Source of the DNA: Squalus acanthias
Lineage: Eukaryota
DNA length: 64,000 nt
Assembly: GCA_030390025.1 (NCBI GenBank)
Contig: CM059432.1
Span: 120,034,001-120,098,000, forward strand
Direction: 5' to 3'
The notes below the pieces were generated by a model. The model was not told the origin of the DNA. It made no database searches and saw only the letters and a list, made by a program, of their open reading frames with translations. Both the position numbers and the translations under genes were made by a program. Shown here piece by piece: positions 11,862-25,117 of this stretch (the stretch's first letter is position 1; each line of letters starts with the position of its first letter).

Positions 11862-12552
11862 CTAGCAGCATAACAAAGACCGCCTACTTCCACCTCTGTA
11901 ACATCGCCCATCTCTGCCCTTGCCTCAGCTCATCCGCTGCTGAAACCCTCATCCATGCCTTTGTTACCTCTAGACTTGACTATTCCAATGCACTCCTGGC
12001 TGGCCTCCCACATTCCACCCTACGTAAACTTGAGGTCATCCAAAACTCAGCTGCCCATGTCCTAACTCGCACCAAGTCCCGTTCGCCCATCACCCCTGTG
12101 CTCGCTGACCTACATTGGCTCCTGGTTAAGCAGCGCCTCGTTTTCAAAATTCTCATCCTTGTTTTCAAATCCCTCCATGGTCTCACCCCTTCCTATCTCT
12201 GTAATCTTCTTCAGCCCCACAACCCCCTGAGATATCTGCGCTCCTTTAATTCAGCCCTCTTGAGCATCCCTGATTATAATCGCTCAACCTTTGGTGGCCG
12301 TGCCTTCTGTTGCCTAGGCCCTAAGCTCTGGAATTCCCTGCCCTAAACCTCTCCGCCTCGCTACCTCTCTCTCCTCCTTTAAGACGCTCCTTAAAACCTA
12401 CCTCTTTGACCAAGCTTTTGGTCACCTGCCCTAATTTAGCCTTTTGTGGCTCGGTGTCAAATTTTTTGTCTTAAAATACTCTTGTGAAGTGCCTTGGGAC
12501 GTTTTACTATATTAAAGGCGCTATATAAAAATACAAGTTGTTGTTGTTGTTG
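11862..12552 (+). mobile_element. L2 LINE 3' fragment
   Basis: HAFVTSRLDYSNALLAG...LADLHWL...GGRAF...PKLWNSLP coding remnant, 3' UTR and (GTT)n tail; same family as 53758-55262. Confidence 0.9.
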
Positions 12553-12916
12553 CTGCATGTACAGAATGATATGATTTCACACGTGCCACCCCGTGCTTTC
12601 TGCTATCTTTTCAGAAGGCAGTCTGAAAAGAATTCAAGTAAGACAAGGCCAAATGTGAACCATCAAACTGGTTTATTTTACATAAAATATGAATGAACAG
12701 AATATAGTTTTCCAGCAAAATGTAACTATTTCCAATTGCTCCTCATACCATAAAACAAACATGCATACAACTCTACCCCTGTTATGGGCTAAACTCATTT
12801 ACAATTTAGCATTCCCTGAATTAACCACATGAATGTTTTCTCTTATGCAAATCAGGCCGGCTAGGGGTGAGAGTAGGAAGGCCGCATGATGTTGTCCTGG
12901 ATAATTGGGCCGCATA

Positions 12917-14624
12917 GGCCGCGATTTTGCCGGCATTCAGTGGTCGGGTGAATGGCGGGTCAACTGTGAAATTTAAAATGATTGACAGCGGATTGGGAAC
13001 CTGCTGTCAAAACACGCACACCTGCAATTCCCGATGTCGGGTCTGCCAGCGCTGAGCAGACCTGACAGGCAGCGACGGGGGACCCAATTCAAATCATTAG
13101 TGGCTTGTTTACAGCCACTTAATGCTTCTTTCCCCAGCTTTTTGATTTTGACAGGTTGCCCACTGGTTTCCTGCTGCGCCTAGACCTCATCTGTGAAGCT
13201 GAGGCGGGAGGTCATTTGCCATTGAATCAGCTGATGAGTTGACAGCTTCAAATGTCAAGTCAAAGCTCCAAGCTGATTGAGAAATGTTCCCTTAACCATT
13301 AGCTTCTCTAAACTGCATTTCCACTACTGATTCAGAATGCTGCAAATCTTTACACAAGTCATCATCCAGTCTGACCTCATTACCCGTCACCATTGATAGA
13401 TCGCTTCTGTCATCCCTACTTCACCTGCCATCTATTCCATCAGCATGGTTGTACTTTATACTCTCTCATCTTGGTCTTCAGAATCCCACCACGATTAGCC
13501 TCAACACCAGGCACACTAGCAGCACCAACAACAACACCAACCTTCTCCGCAATCAACTGATGATACACAGGACACAGGGCATCAGCACCCGACTACATTG
13601 CTGCCTGGGATGCCAGGGAAGGCCTCATCATGGCCACATTTACTTCACTTGACGCTGTACACCCTGGCTGCCACATGATGTGCCAGGTTGGCACCACCAC
13701 ACACCAACACCATAAAGCATCCCTACAATGCCCAAGCCATTCCTTTCACACTCAGCAGTATTGCGGGGGATACCATTATGTCTCACCATTCACTGCAACT
13801 CACTAAACCACTTCCAAAGGTGCACACAGCTTTGTCTAAGAATGCAAAGTGTTGAAAATAAAGATTTCAATGTTTGACAGCACATTGACAGAAATTTTAC
13901 ATGAACATTACATAAAACATCCAAGTGCCTACCCTTGTGTGTTATTAGTTGGTATGATTGCACTAGGATGAGGGTGAGTGTGAAGGGTGGCTAGTGAGAA
14001 GGGGAAGTGATAGAGAGGGATGGGTGGAGGTGCAAGGTAAGTTGGTGTGAGTAAGGATGTGCAGGAGTAGGTTAGGGAAGGCAGAGTGATGGGAATGTGA
14101 TGAGTGGCACAGCAGGGTGAGGTTGAGTGTGGCTTTGCAGTAACGTTTTGTGATCTACTGAGATCATTGAAAGGTTTGTGCCACTGCAGCCTTGTCCTCC
14201 TGATGACATCCCTGCTTGTGTCCTCCTGTGCAATGTGCAACCAGGCTGCGTTGGTCTCATGGGGAGGTTTCTTCCGCCCATGGGAAGGGAAGGGAACCTC
14301 CCTGTGTCCTGTGACTCCCTCCATAAGCATATGGAGGGAGTCATGGGAGAGCCTGGGTGCAGCCGTGCACTTCCGTGCAGTGCTTGTCAGTGTTTGCAGC
14401 ACCTCAATGCTGTAGAACACTGACAGCACAAATGTCAAAATAAATTTGCGCATGGTCCCTTTAAGGAAACTGGCTGATGACGCGTCATCAAATGATGTCA
14501 TCAGACCCGCTTCCTTCAATTGGCCGGGTTTAACAAGCCCAATCAGCATAAAGTCAAGTCGGAGGCCGGGATGGAGACATGAGCGGGACCGGGACCCGCC
14601 ACTGAGGTAGGGAAAATCACTGCC
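12917..14624 (-). mobile_element. Harbinger internal-deletion derivative retaining a decayed Myb/SANT-like exon
   Basis: Imperfect TIRs GGCCGCGATTTTGCC / GGCAGTGATTTTCCC. Minus ORF 13929..14549 contains APRLSHDSLHMLMEGV...AWLHIAQE...RTRLQWHKPFNDL, a trihelix Myb/SANT-like pattern. Confidence 0.7.
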
Positions 14625-17478
14625 AACGTGTTTGCTTAATGGTCACAGCATTGCATTTTAGCAACCGGCAATGGCCCAGTCCGTCACCGGGCCTAAAATT
14701 AACCTGGAAAACTCTCCTAGACGGAGGCCTGTAGCGCACCGTGACACTGATCACGTTGGGAATTGGGCAGCCTGCCCACTTTATGTGTGCAATTTCAGGT
14801 GGGCCTCCAAAGGCCTATTAAACCAGGAATGCACCTCTTAAAGTGAGGTTGCATTCCTTCCTTTGAATATCGTTTCGTTTCAACAATGCTGCACACAATT
14901 GTGGCACCAGAAATGAGTCGGAGGGCTTCGCCAGGAATGCTCAACCCAGGACACAGCAGATTTCTGGCCAGGACCTGACATGGCCGCAGAGTAAAGCCAA
15001 GAAGCCAGCAGTGCATTAGAATATAGTCATGAAGCCCAGCAGCTAACATCAGCAGGTGGGGAATTGGGCACTATAGGTTGGAACAAGTTGCCTTAAACTT
15101 GAAGAGATTGAGAGTCACTGCAACTAAGATATACAAGTAATCCAGCAGAGCAACACAGTCCTGATGGCAGAGGAGTGCAGCACTTCAAATGTGAGCAGAG
15201 TCGCAGCCATTGAATAGAGTATAAATTAAAAATACAGAACAAGCAGGGTTGGGAGATGTGCCATCTCGTCTGTACAGTAGCTTTAACTTGTCAGTTGAGC
15301 TAAAATGTACTTACAGTTAGGTTCAAAATGTCTCAAGCAATGGAGGAGAGGTGACTGAAGAGAAAAGGTCTATGGATGGCAATGGCTGGTCAACAGATGG
15401 AGTTGCAAAGGACAGGAGCTCAGGAGAGAGCTGCCAGCCCTGGAGCCACCATTTTGCAAAAACCTCTATCTGCCTATTCCGACATTTTATTACTTTATTT
15501 AAACTTTATGCTTACAAGCTCCCTGGAAAAACAATGTCCGGGAATTTGCTGAGAAAATAACCCCGAGTTTAATGGCACTTGCCGTTATTAGTGTATAAAT
15601 TGTCCAGCAATTTGTAGCGAGGAAGATATGCCCCATGAGCCATAAATTGCCACAAGTTGCTGGCCGATTTTCACCATTCCCCTGTTCTCGCAGAAATGGC
15701 AACTCGCCCTGAACCTCCCCGTGAGTTTCATGAAATTGCTGCATTCACACAGTAAATATGGATTAAACTCAACACAGAAAGTTAGGGCTACGACTTAACA
15801 GCATAAGGACCCGTTTAATGAGGAGATTTATATTCCTGAAATGCCATTCAACCTCTCTGGCCCAGAAAGGGAACAATTCAAACTGTAGAGTCTCACTCTT
15901 GCAGGAAGTAAATTGTTCCTATAGGTTTTTAAAATTACAAATTTTTAAATTCTTTCTTACTTTTCTGTCTCTTTTTTTCTTTCTCTCCTAATCCAATCTT
16001 TCTTTCCCTCTCTTAATTCTCTTTCTGTATCTAATTTGACTCTAATTCACCCTATTTCCTTCTCTGTTGTTCCTCTGTTTCTTTATCTATTCTTAAATCT
16101 CATTGGTTAAGGAGATAAGACCGTTGGTCCCGTCGTTCACCAAGGTCCCAGATGCCCTGTTGGGCTCCTCCGGGCCAACAAGGAAACCTAATATTAAATG
16201 TTATTACTTACCTGCTTTGGCCTCTTCTGGCCCACGATCCACCTCCCATCATCTTTGGCCTGATGGGGAAGCCATCCTAGCTCATCCCTGCTCAGGCCTT
16301 CTGATATTGCAGTCGGGTCCTGATGACATCATTGGGACCCAATCTGCATATTTAAAAAAGGACCCCCTTTCCTTCCTGCAGGTATTTCACTCACCTGCTC
16401 AAAGGAGCAGGCTAAACTCGGGCCACGGTAGGATCAGAGGGGTTAAGTGACTGCTTTCATTTTAACTGCCCCCCCCCTGGTTTCTGCTAGGCAGGGAGTT
16501 AAAATCGGGGCCAAACTTACATCTCAACTGAAATTTAGCATTTGTAATATCACATTCTGTGCTGTTCACCACAATGGAAACGTTATCTAAGCACTAATAG
16601 ATAGTGCTGCATGCTGGGCACCAACTGCCCTCTGATGCCTTGTCCAAAAGGCCATTTGTCATGTGTCAGCCAAGTCAGTGAGTGTCAGCAAGAGTATCAC
16701 AGCCCAATCCTGTTCTTTCTGTGCCCAATGCCCTTGCACGTGCTCTTTCCGATACAGAGTCACTGGATAGTGCTGAGTAGTAAGAATACTGGCTGATTTA
16801 TTTTCCTCTCCCTAGCCTGATGATACTTGGGCCCTTTGTAGTATCCCTATCACTCCAAGCATTTTAAAAATGCTAAGATCTGATTGACTGTTAATTGCTC
16901 TTTAGGTAGGTGAACATTAAATGAATCCTGTTTGTACAAGTATTTTTTTGGGGGGTGCGGGTTAGTGGGGTGGGGGGGAAGACCAAGTCACAGCCATGTT
17001 TATTTGCATGTACCAGCCGTTTAAGAAAAGATTATTCCTGTAACACATTTTTCTTTCCGTTTCACAGCAAAACAGCAACTGCGTGAAGAGAAATAGATAT
17101 AAAACTGCCAGGAGCCAATCCTTAGGTATTTAGTTAGACTCACAAATCATTGAAGGTGGGCTGTGCGGCTGTTTAGCAAGGTTTTATATGGTTGTCAGTG
17201 CCAATCATTTAGTCAGTCTGCTTTTTCCTCAATTGTCCCAGGTTACCACTGCACTTTCTGATAATCTTTCTGCACTGGTTGCCTGTGGTTATTACACTTT
17301 ATATGAGAGATTTATGTTGAAAGCCATTTATGAGCTTCAGTTCCCAGTGGATCAGATGATGGAGTTGAAGCAGCCTGTCATCTAAACCTTTATAATGGCT
17401 TCTGCAGGGAATACACAGTGCCATGGATTATTGATATAGCCATATCTGCACTTCTGCTGACAAATGTAATGCTTTTTT

Positions 17479-17742
17479 GGCCTGAATCTTAGTCTTGAAA
17501 AATATTTCTGATAATATACACCTTTATTGCATTTTTTTTGGACGATGGCTGTGCCTTTTTGCTTTGCTTTGGATAAATTGTCGTACTCTCAGTGACCCGA
17601 GTGCTGTAACAGGGTTTTGACAGACCTGCGGAGCACTGGTAGTTCTCCTTAATAATATCTGACAATTAAGTCACCTGAAATGAGTTTTACCCTCGCCTTC
17701 CTCTCTGCTTGCTGTTCTTTTTATCTTGCCTTTCTTGCATGT
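17479..17742. repeat. Copy 2 of the ~260-bp duplicated segment
   Basis: Matches 11329-11589. Confidence 0.9.
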
Positions 17743-18774
17743 GATTTTTGTTTTTGTTGCACTTCCCCAGTATTTGAGTATTCTTTGTATGAACAGGTGC
17801 TGGTTATGATGACCTTTTTTCTTCTTCTTTATAATGGAGTTTATTAACTTTGCATTATCCATTTCGGGCCTTCCCGTGGGTGAATCAAGCAAAATAAAAT
17901 ACATTTTTTTCCTGTTGGATATTGTTGGTTCTTGCATGGATCTTAGAACAGTGTTCGTCTGCTGCCTTTATCAAGTGCATTTAAATGATTTTATGTCCGT
18001 ATGTAAGAAGGATTTTTCTGTAACAGCTGTGACCACCAGATGTTTCATTTTCGTGTATCTCCACCCTCTTGCACCACCTGACCAGGTTTTACTGCCGCTC
18101 TGCTTTAATATTAAATTCCAGTTCAAAATGTCAAATAAACTACAGAACAAAACCAGGGCCCCTAAAGTATGGAACGCCCCCCCCATACTTACAGGTGCTG
18201 AAACGCAAAATTGGCATCAGCTAATTATTACTTCTTGATCTATCTTGTTCTGTGCCTTGGCACTTCACCTATGATTCTCAATTTTTTTTTTAAATAACCA
18301 AAGAAAAATATTCCAACACAGAAAGATTTAAGCACATTGAATAGTTCGCTGAAGAGAACTCAGAAGTAACAAAAACTAAAGGCTTTGAAATGACCGCAGA
18401 CTGTCAGCGCTCAACCTCAACGATCAGAGCACCAATCAAATCACTGTATGCAGCTATAGTATTTCTCCATAACAGTGTGCATGACTATAATGTAGGTCCT
18501 CATCTACTCCATTTATCTTCATTTTTTGACAACGATTTTTAAATCATTAGATTGCTGACAGCTCCTTTGTTACTATCTAGTCAAACCTATCCTATCTCCC
18601 TTAAGCATTTTTGACAAAACGTTGAATTTTAAAGCTTTTTGCTTAGCTGTTTTCTCCGATCAAGTTTAGGAAAACTGAGCTGTCGTTTGTTGATAACTGG
18701 CTTTGAAGTCCATTTTTTTCAGGCAATCAAAAGATCGATTGATATGGTTGTATCGTGGATGATTTGCAGGAAAT

Positions 18775-18905
18775 AAATAGAGGAAAAATTTGCAGGGCTA
18801 CGGGGAAACAGCAGGGGAGTGGGACTAATTGGATAGCCCTTTCAAAGAGCTGGCACAGGCACGATGTGTTGAATGGCCTTCATCTGTGCTGTATCATTCT
18901 ATGCA
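18775..18905 (+). mobile_element. CR1 3' end fragment
   Basis: ttgcagggctacggggaaa...gaatggccttcatctgtgctgtatcattctatg, the same 3' UTR as other CR1 copies (e.g. about 21735-21850). Confidence 0.75.
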
Positions 18906-19044
18906 ATCAGATATTTTTAATCATCAAATGAGAGAGAAATGGCAGCAAATATACTGTGATTTGGAATATATGTTGTCTTTCTTCCCCTTCCTCCATTTGT
19001 TTTTACTTCCACCCTACAAAGGGCCTTGATTATCTTTAATTTTT

Positions 19045-19150
19045 TCAGTTCTGTGAAAGGATACGACACCCAAACCGTTTCCCTGTTTTTTCTCCTCACA
19101 GATACTGACTGATCTACTGTGTATTTCCAGCATATTTTGTTCTTATTTCA
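19045..19150 (+). mobile_element. Degenerate Penelope-like terminal (pLTR) fragment
   Basis: Decayed reverse complement of 23060-23158 and 36240-36342 (cagatactgactgatctactgtgtatttccagcatattttg). Confidence 0.5.
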
Positions 19151-19664
19151 ACTTTGGCAAAGCCCGGAGCTCCACAGCACGTGGACGGCTAAACCTGCAT
19201 GTGGCTTAAAAGCTAGAATGCTCGGCAGGTTCTGGTATGATTAGTGCGTTTGAACAACTGGTCGAGTTCACCGGACACAACACATGAGTAACTTATTCTG
19301 TACGTATTGTGTCACATGGGAGCCTGTGCAGTATTCTTGATTTCTCGTCCGAATGTGAGGAGCCCTGGAGTAAGAATGCTCAGTGATTAATGTAAGTAGG
19401 AAGAATTGCCAACATTTTTAACAACATTTATGCACTTTCTCAGGTTTTGACATGGGTACTTGTAGCATGAGGGGCCTGGGAATATTAGTCGCCAAAAGAT
19501 GGCAGGTAATTGTGACCTCATCATCTCCTCAACATGCACTCGGCTGTCCAAAAGTATCAACTAGTACAAGAAGAAAATAATTACATCATTCCTATTGATT
19601 TTAAATCCACTGCTTCTTCTACATCAAATCTTGGGTAATTTTGCTCTCAGTGTATAAAATATTT

Positions 19665-19825
19665 GCCTGGAATTTCTCCAGCGCTGCTCCGGATCTACCA
19701 TGCGTAACTTCCCTAGGGAGGCAGTAGTAATTCCATTTGTGCGTGTAAACAAAAGGGTTTCCGCCGCACCTCCGGGTCACGTTATGGCAGTGGAATGGGA
19801 ACAGTTCTGAGGAAATTCTAGGCCG
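19665..19825. mobile_element. Short imperfect-palindrome MITE
   Basis: Ends gcctggaatttctccag and ctgaggaaattctaggc are inverted, with internal self-complementarity. Confidence 0.5.
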
Positions 19826-19897
19826 TTCTAAGGAAAACAAAATCTTAATTTGTACCACAGCAATAATCAGTAGCAAAATCAAAGTCAGGAGATATGG

Positions 19898-21855
19898 CTG
19901 GGCTGAGGGATTACAGTAATGTGGATAGACTGGAGAAGCTGGGGTTGCTCTCCTTAGAGCAGAGAAGGCTAAGAGGAGATTTGATTGAGGTTTTCAAAAT
20001 CATAGAATCATAGAAACATAGAAGATAGGAGCAGGAGTAGGCCATTCGGCCCCTCTAGCCTGCTTCACCATTCAATGCGATCATGGCTGATCATCCAAAT
20101 TCAGTACCCTGTCCCTGCTTTCTCCCCATATCCCTTGATCCCTTTAGCCTTAAAAAATGTATCCAACTCCTTCTTGAATCTATTTAATGAATTGGCCTCT
20201 ACTGCCTTCTGTGACAGAGAATTCCACAGGTTCACCACTCTCTGGGTGAAGAAACTCCTCCTCATTTCTGTCCTAAATGGCTTACCCCTTATCCTTAGAC
20301 TGTGACCCCTGGTTCTGGACTCCCCGACCATCGGGAACATCCTTCCTGCATCTAGTTTGTCCTGTCCTGTCAGAATTTTATAAGTTTCAATGAGATCCCC
20401 TCTCATTCTTCTAAACTCCAGCAAGTATAAGCCCAATCGACACAATCTCTCTTCATACGTCATTCCTGACATCCCAGGTATCAGCCTTGTGAATCTTCGC
20501 TGAACTCCTTCCATGGCAAGAACATCCTTCCTCAGATAAGGCGACCAAAACTGCACACAGTACTCAAGGTGTGGTCTCATCAAGGCCCTGTACAACTGCA
20601 GCAAGACATCCTTGTTCCTGTACTCAAACCCTCTCGCTATGAAGGCCAACATACCATTTGCCTTCTTAACCGCCTGCTGCACCTGCATGCTTACCTTCAG
20701 CGACTGGTTCACAAGGACACCCAGGTCTCGTTGCACTTCCCCTTCTCCCAATCTATTGCCATTCAGATAATAATCTGCCTTCCTGTTTTTGACACCAAAG
20801 TGGATAACCTCGCATTTATCCACGTTATATTGCATCTGCCACGCTCCTGCCCAATCACCCAACCTGTCCAAATCATCCTGGAGTTTCTCGGCATCCTCCT
20901 CGCAGCACACACGCCCACCCAGTTTTGTGTCGTCTGCAAACTTGGAGATATTACATCTAGTTCCCTTGTCTAGATCATTAATATATATTGTGAATAGCTG
21001 GGGTCCAAGGACCGATCCCTGCGGTACCCCACTATTCACTGCCTGCCACTCGGAAAAAGACCCATTTATTGCAACTCTTTGCTTTCTGTCTGCCAACCAG
21101 TTCTCTATCCAAGTCAATACCTTGCCCCCAATCTCATGTGCCTTAACTTTACACGCTAATCTCTTATGCGGGACCTTATCAAAAGCCTTTTGGAAGTCCA
21201 AATACACCACATCCACTGGTTCTCCCTTATCTATTTTACCAGTTACATCCTCAAAAAATTCCAGTAGATTAGTCAAGCATGATTTACCTTTTGTAAATCC
21301 ATGTTGACTTTGTCCGATCCTGTCACTGTTTTTCAAGTGCTCAGCTATTGCATCTTTATAATGGACTCAAGCATTTTCCCCACTACCGATGTCAGGCTTA
21401 CCGGTCTGTAATTCCCCGTTTTCTCTCTACCACCCTTTTTGAATAGTGGGGTAACATTAGCTACCCTCCAATCCATGGGTACTGTTCCAGATTCCATCGA
21501 ATGAAGGGTTTAGACAGGGTAAATAAAGAGAAACTGTTTCGAATGGCTGAAGGGTTGATAACCAGAGGGCACAGATTTAGGGTGATTGACAAAAGAAACA
21601 GAGGCGACATGAGGAAAAACTTTTTTACGCAACGAGTGGTTAGGATTTGGAATGCACTGCCTGATAGGGTGGTGGTAGAGATTCAATAGTAGCCTTCAAA
21701 AGGAAATTGGATAAATACTTGAAGGAGAAAAAATTGCAGGGATATGGAGAAAGAGCAGGAGGAGTGGGACTAACTGGATTGCACTTCATAAGAGCTGACA
21801 CAGACTCCATGGGCCGAATGGCCTCCTTCTGTGCTGTACTATTCTACAATTTTAT
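19898..21855 (+). mobile_element. Older CR1 3' fragment, split by an antisense CR1 insertion
   Basis: gaggttttcaaaatc (about 20001) continues as atgaagggtttagac at 21501; ORFs 21501..21689 and 21707..21895 are CR1 C-terminal remnants. Confidence 0.8.
20002..21500 (-). mobile_element. 5'-truncated CR1 LINE with an open RT frame (ORF 20101..21336)
   Basis: QHGF...[11 protein letters not shown]...[10 protein letters not shown]...FADD in ORF 20101..21336; tail (CATAGAA)n on the + strand at 20001-20023. Confidence 0.92.
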
Positions 21856-21980
21856 GATATTGCCAACCCCTTTAAATGCTCTTGTTGCATTGTAATTATA
21901 ATAACGTTTTTAATTTTGTAATCCTACATTGGAGGGAACTGCTTAGAAGTGCAGTGAAATACTTCATCATTGTAAAATTT

Positions 21981-22333
21981 GGGGGCTAAATTCAGTTGAT
22001 TTGCGCCTCCCGTTAGCGACAATTAAGACACCTATAGATCACCCAGGAGTGTTCATCAACTGCAAGGACTTCCACTCCATCAACGTGCAGCTGGTGGGCA
22101 ACCACAACTAGCGCCTGGGCGCTAATAAGAGGAGAAAGGCCTGCAGTGGCGCTGCGGCACGTAGCACCGCAATATTGGCTCGCAGCGCCCCAAGAGGGAC
22201 GCGGGGCGCTTCCAGTAGCGCCCCTCCTCCCTCTCGGGGTGCTACCTGGGAAAATCAGCTGCGGGGGCGCTAACTTTTTCGGGGTGCTAAAATTAGCGCC
22301 CCGGTGAAGGTAGAGCTACCCAATTTTTACCCA
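21981..22333. mobile_element. Deleted copy of the 1938-2711 MITE family carrying a 92-bp insert copied from the nearby Harbinger transposase
   Basis: Left end gggggctaaattcagttgatttgcgcctcccgttagcg and the right part match 1938-2711; 22016-22107 equals 24497-24588 with one mismatch. Confidence 0.8.
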
Positions 22334-23057
22334 AGTTTAGAATTCCCAGAAAATGCTTACAGTAAAATGTATATCTCTGTCTGCACTTGTATTCGGTGTT
22401 GCTGCTTTTAAATTTCTACTACAATTAATTACTAGTGGTCTTTCATCATAGTGCAATCTGCTAATATAATCCTTAATATGATATGGAAGGTTTATAGTTT
22501 CCTTGCCTAAAGAGAAACCGTTTTGCACACCCTCTGTATAATATGTTCATTAAAATAGCTGTCACTGCTACCTGGAATGTGTTTATGGCATTATATTGCA
22601 CGTTATCCGTGCTCGCTAATGAAGATTCATTGGGGAACACTGGAAATTTGAAACATACTGGCCATGTATGGAAGGTTGTTCAGCCTTTGTCACAAACATG
22701 CAGCATTTTCTTTGTTGCGGAGGTGCTGGCAAATATCTGCATTTTTATATTCAGTTCCATAGGGTCAGTGACAGTTGACGCAATCAGACAAGGACCTGGT
22801 TTACTCCCCCAGGTATTCCCAGGCCAAGCGTGTGATGCTGAAATGACACAGGGCTGGATTTTAATGTTGAAGAGCGCGTGGGTTTGAGAGCGGGTGGGGG
22901 GTTAAAACCGGGGAAATTGACAGCGCATCGTGAAGCCGGCTCCAACCCGCCGACTTCCAGGTTTCACTCCAGCGCATTAGGCTGCGTGCGAGCAAGCCCC
23001 TTGGGGAGGTGGGTTGCAACTTACCACATGTTAATCGCCCAATTAGAGTGATAGTGA

Positions 23058-23668
23058 AATAACAACAGAAAACGCTGGAAAAACTCAGCAGGCCAGGCAG
23101 CATCCGTGGAGAGAGAAAGAGAGTTGACGTTTCAGGTCGATGACCTTTCATCAGAACTGGGAAGAGCTGGAAATCAAATAGATTTAAGGCCAGGGTAAAG
23201 CTGGGAAAAGGGGGAGGGGATAAAGGAACAAAGGAGGAGATGAAGAGACATTAAGAGACATTAAGAGATATGCGAGGCTAGAGGTGGTGTTAATGTGACA
23301 GATTAAGGCTGAATGAAGTGTGAAATCCACTGGCAGAATGAAGGACAGCTGCCAGCTTCTAGGAGGAAAAAAAAGGTAGGGGGGACAAATAAAAGGGTGG
23401 ATAAAATAAAATATAAATGTGATTGGAGCTGAGGTTATGATCTAAAATTGTTGAACTCGATATTGAGTCCAGAGGGCTGTAGCGTGCCTAAACGAAAGAT
23501 GAGGTGCTGTTCCTCGAGCTTACGCTGAGCTTCCGTGGAACAGTGTAATAGGCCGAGGACGGTGAGGTCAGAGTGGGAGTGAAGCGGTGAATTAAAGTGA
23601 CAGGCCACCGGGAGCTCGGGGTCCCCCTTACGGACTGAACGGAGGTGTTCCGCAAAGCGGTCACCCAA
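23058..23668 (-). mobile_element. Penelope-like element 3' fragment (GIY-YIG C-terminus + pLTR) with 13-bp TSD
   Basis: LGDRFAEHLRSVRKGDPELPVACHFN...RKLEEQHLIFRLGTLQPSGLN in ORF 23435..23788; TSD agagtgatagtga at 23045-23057 and 23669-23681. Confidence 0.88.
23122..23158 (-). ncRNA. Minimal type I hammerhead-ribozyme motif in Penelope pLTR
   Basis: Minus strand AGUU CUGAUGA A AGGUC AUC GACCU GAAAC GUC AACU gives core boxes, stem II, palindromic stem III and stem I. Confidence 0.65.
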
Positions 23669-23966
23669 AGAGTGATAGTGACATGGATTTTTAAGTTTAA
23701 CTTTGGGTCCACGGGTATCCCAGGCTTCCTGGAACTCGCCAGTGAAAGCAAGGCGAGTACACAGCGGCAATTTAGGGGGCAGAAGCAATCTCCGGGAAAT
23801 AAGTACTCAGTACTCACAGCTGCTTTCTTACCTGCTTGTGGGAAAGGTTTTGTTCACAGTACGTGTGCTAAGAGGTTACTTCACACAATTTGAAGGTTTC
23901 GTCATTACTTTGGAGGTTTCACCTATGGTTTGGAGCGCCGATCTGCACGTTGGAGCTCTGATCAGC

Positions 23967-25117
23967 TTGGGTGCCCCTTATGCTGCTTTAGATTGGATGT
24001 CAGATAAGAACCAAGGTGACCAGCAATTGCACCAGCAGCAGCAGCAGCAGCAGCCTGTTGCTCACAGGAGAGAGGAGAGCAGCAGAGAGGAGCAGCTCGC
24101 AGGAGGCCATAACCAGTACACAGGGTCGACAGGCAGAGGATAAGCTTCCTCAACATGTTTGAACACCTGATGTCTCAGGAAGATCGGGGTGTTCCGTCAG
24201 GTGGTGGCAGACATTTGCAGGCTGCTGGAGCAAGACCTGCTGCCAACTGGATCTGGCGGCCATGCTTTATCAGTGGCTGTCAAAAGTCACCACCGCCCTC
24301 AATTTTTTTGCTTCTGGATCTTTCCATTTGCAGGATCTCACAGTCGGCGGCACAAAAAAGCATAAGACAGCTGACTGATGGATTGTTTACCAGGGCAGGC
24401 AATTATGTGAACTTCGCCTGAGATGATGCCAATCAGAATGAGTGGACGCTTGGATTTGCGGTTCTGGCTGGGCAGGGCATCATCGAATGTTCACATGCGA
24501 CAATTAAGACACCTATAGATCACCCAGGAGTGTTCATCAACTGCAAGGACTTCCACTCCATCAATGTGCAGCTGGTGGGCAACCACAAAAAGATTTTTAT
24601 GCAGGTGTGCGCAAGATTCCTGGGGAGCTCCCATGATGCTTTTGTCCTGCGGCAGTCCACCCTCCTAAACGTCTTTGCACCTGGAAGCAGAGTTACCGGC
24701 TGGCTGTTCGGAGACAAGGGATACCCACTTAAAACACGGCTGATGCCACCTCTCAGAAACCCGAGGAATGAGGCCCAGGATCGAAATAATGAATGCCGTA
24801 CCATCACCAGATGTGTCATCGAACAAGCCATCAGCATGCTGAAGATGCGCTTCAGGTGCTTTGACAGATCTGGAGGCGCCCTTCAGTATGCACCAGCCAG
24901 GGTCTCCAGAATGGTCGTGGTCTGCTGCGCTCTGCACAACATTGCGCAGCAGCGAGGATTGGACCTGCAGGAGGACCAAGGCGAAGAGCTCAGAGCCTCT
25001 TCAGAGGATTCGGAGGAGGAGGATGAGGATGAGGTTATGGAAGGTGATGAGGGCAATGCTCCACCAGCGGCGCACATTGCTGCCCGGGATGCCCTGATTA
25101 TTGCGAGGTTCACTTAG
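23967..25117 (+). pseudogene. Harbinger (HARBI1-family) DDE transposase, degenerate
   Basis: FINCKDFHSINVQ, GSSHDAFVL, GDKGYPL, VIEQAISMLKMRFRCFD and CCALHN in ORF 24530..25117; the upstream part is frameshifted. Confidence 0.88.

Noticed and set aside
24034..24054. Polyglutamine host protein
   Set aside because: The CAG run lies in the decayed N-terminus of a Harbinger transposase.
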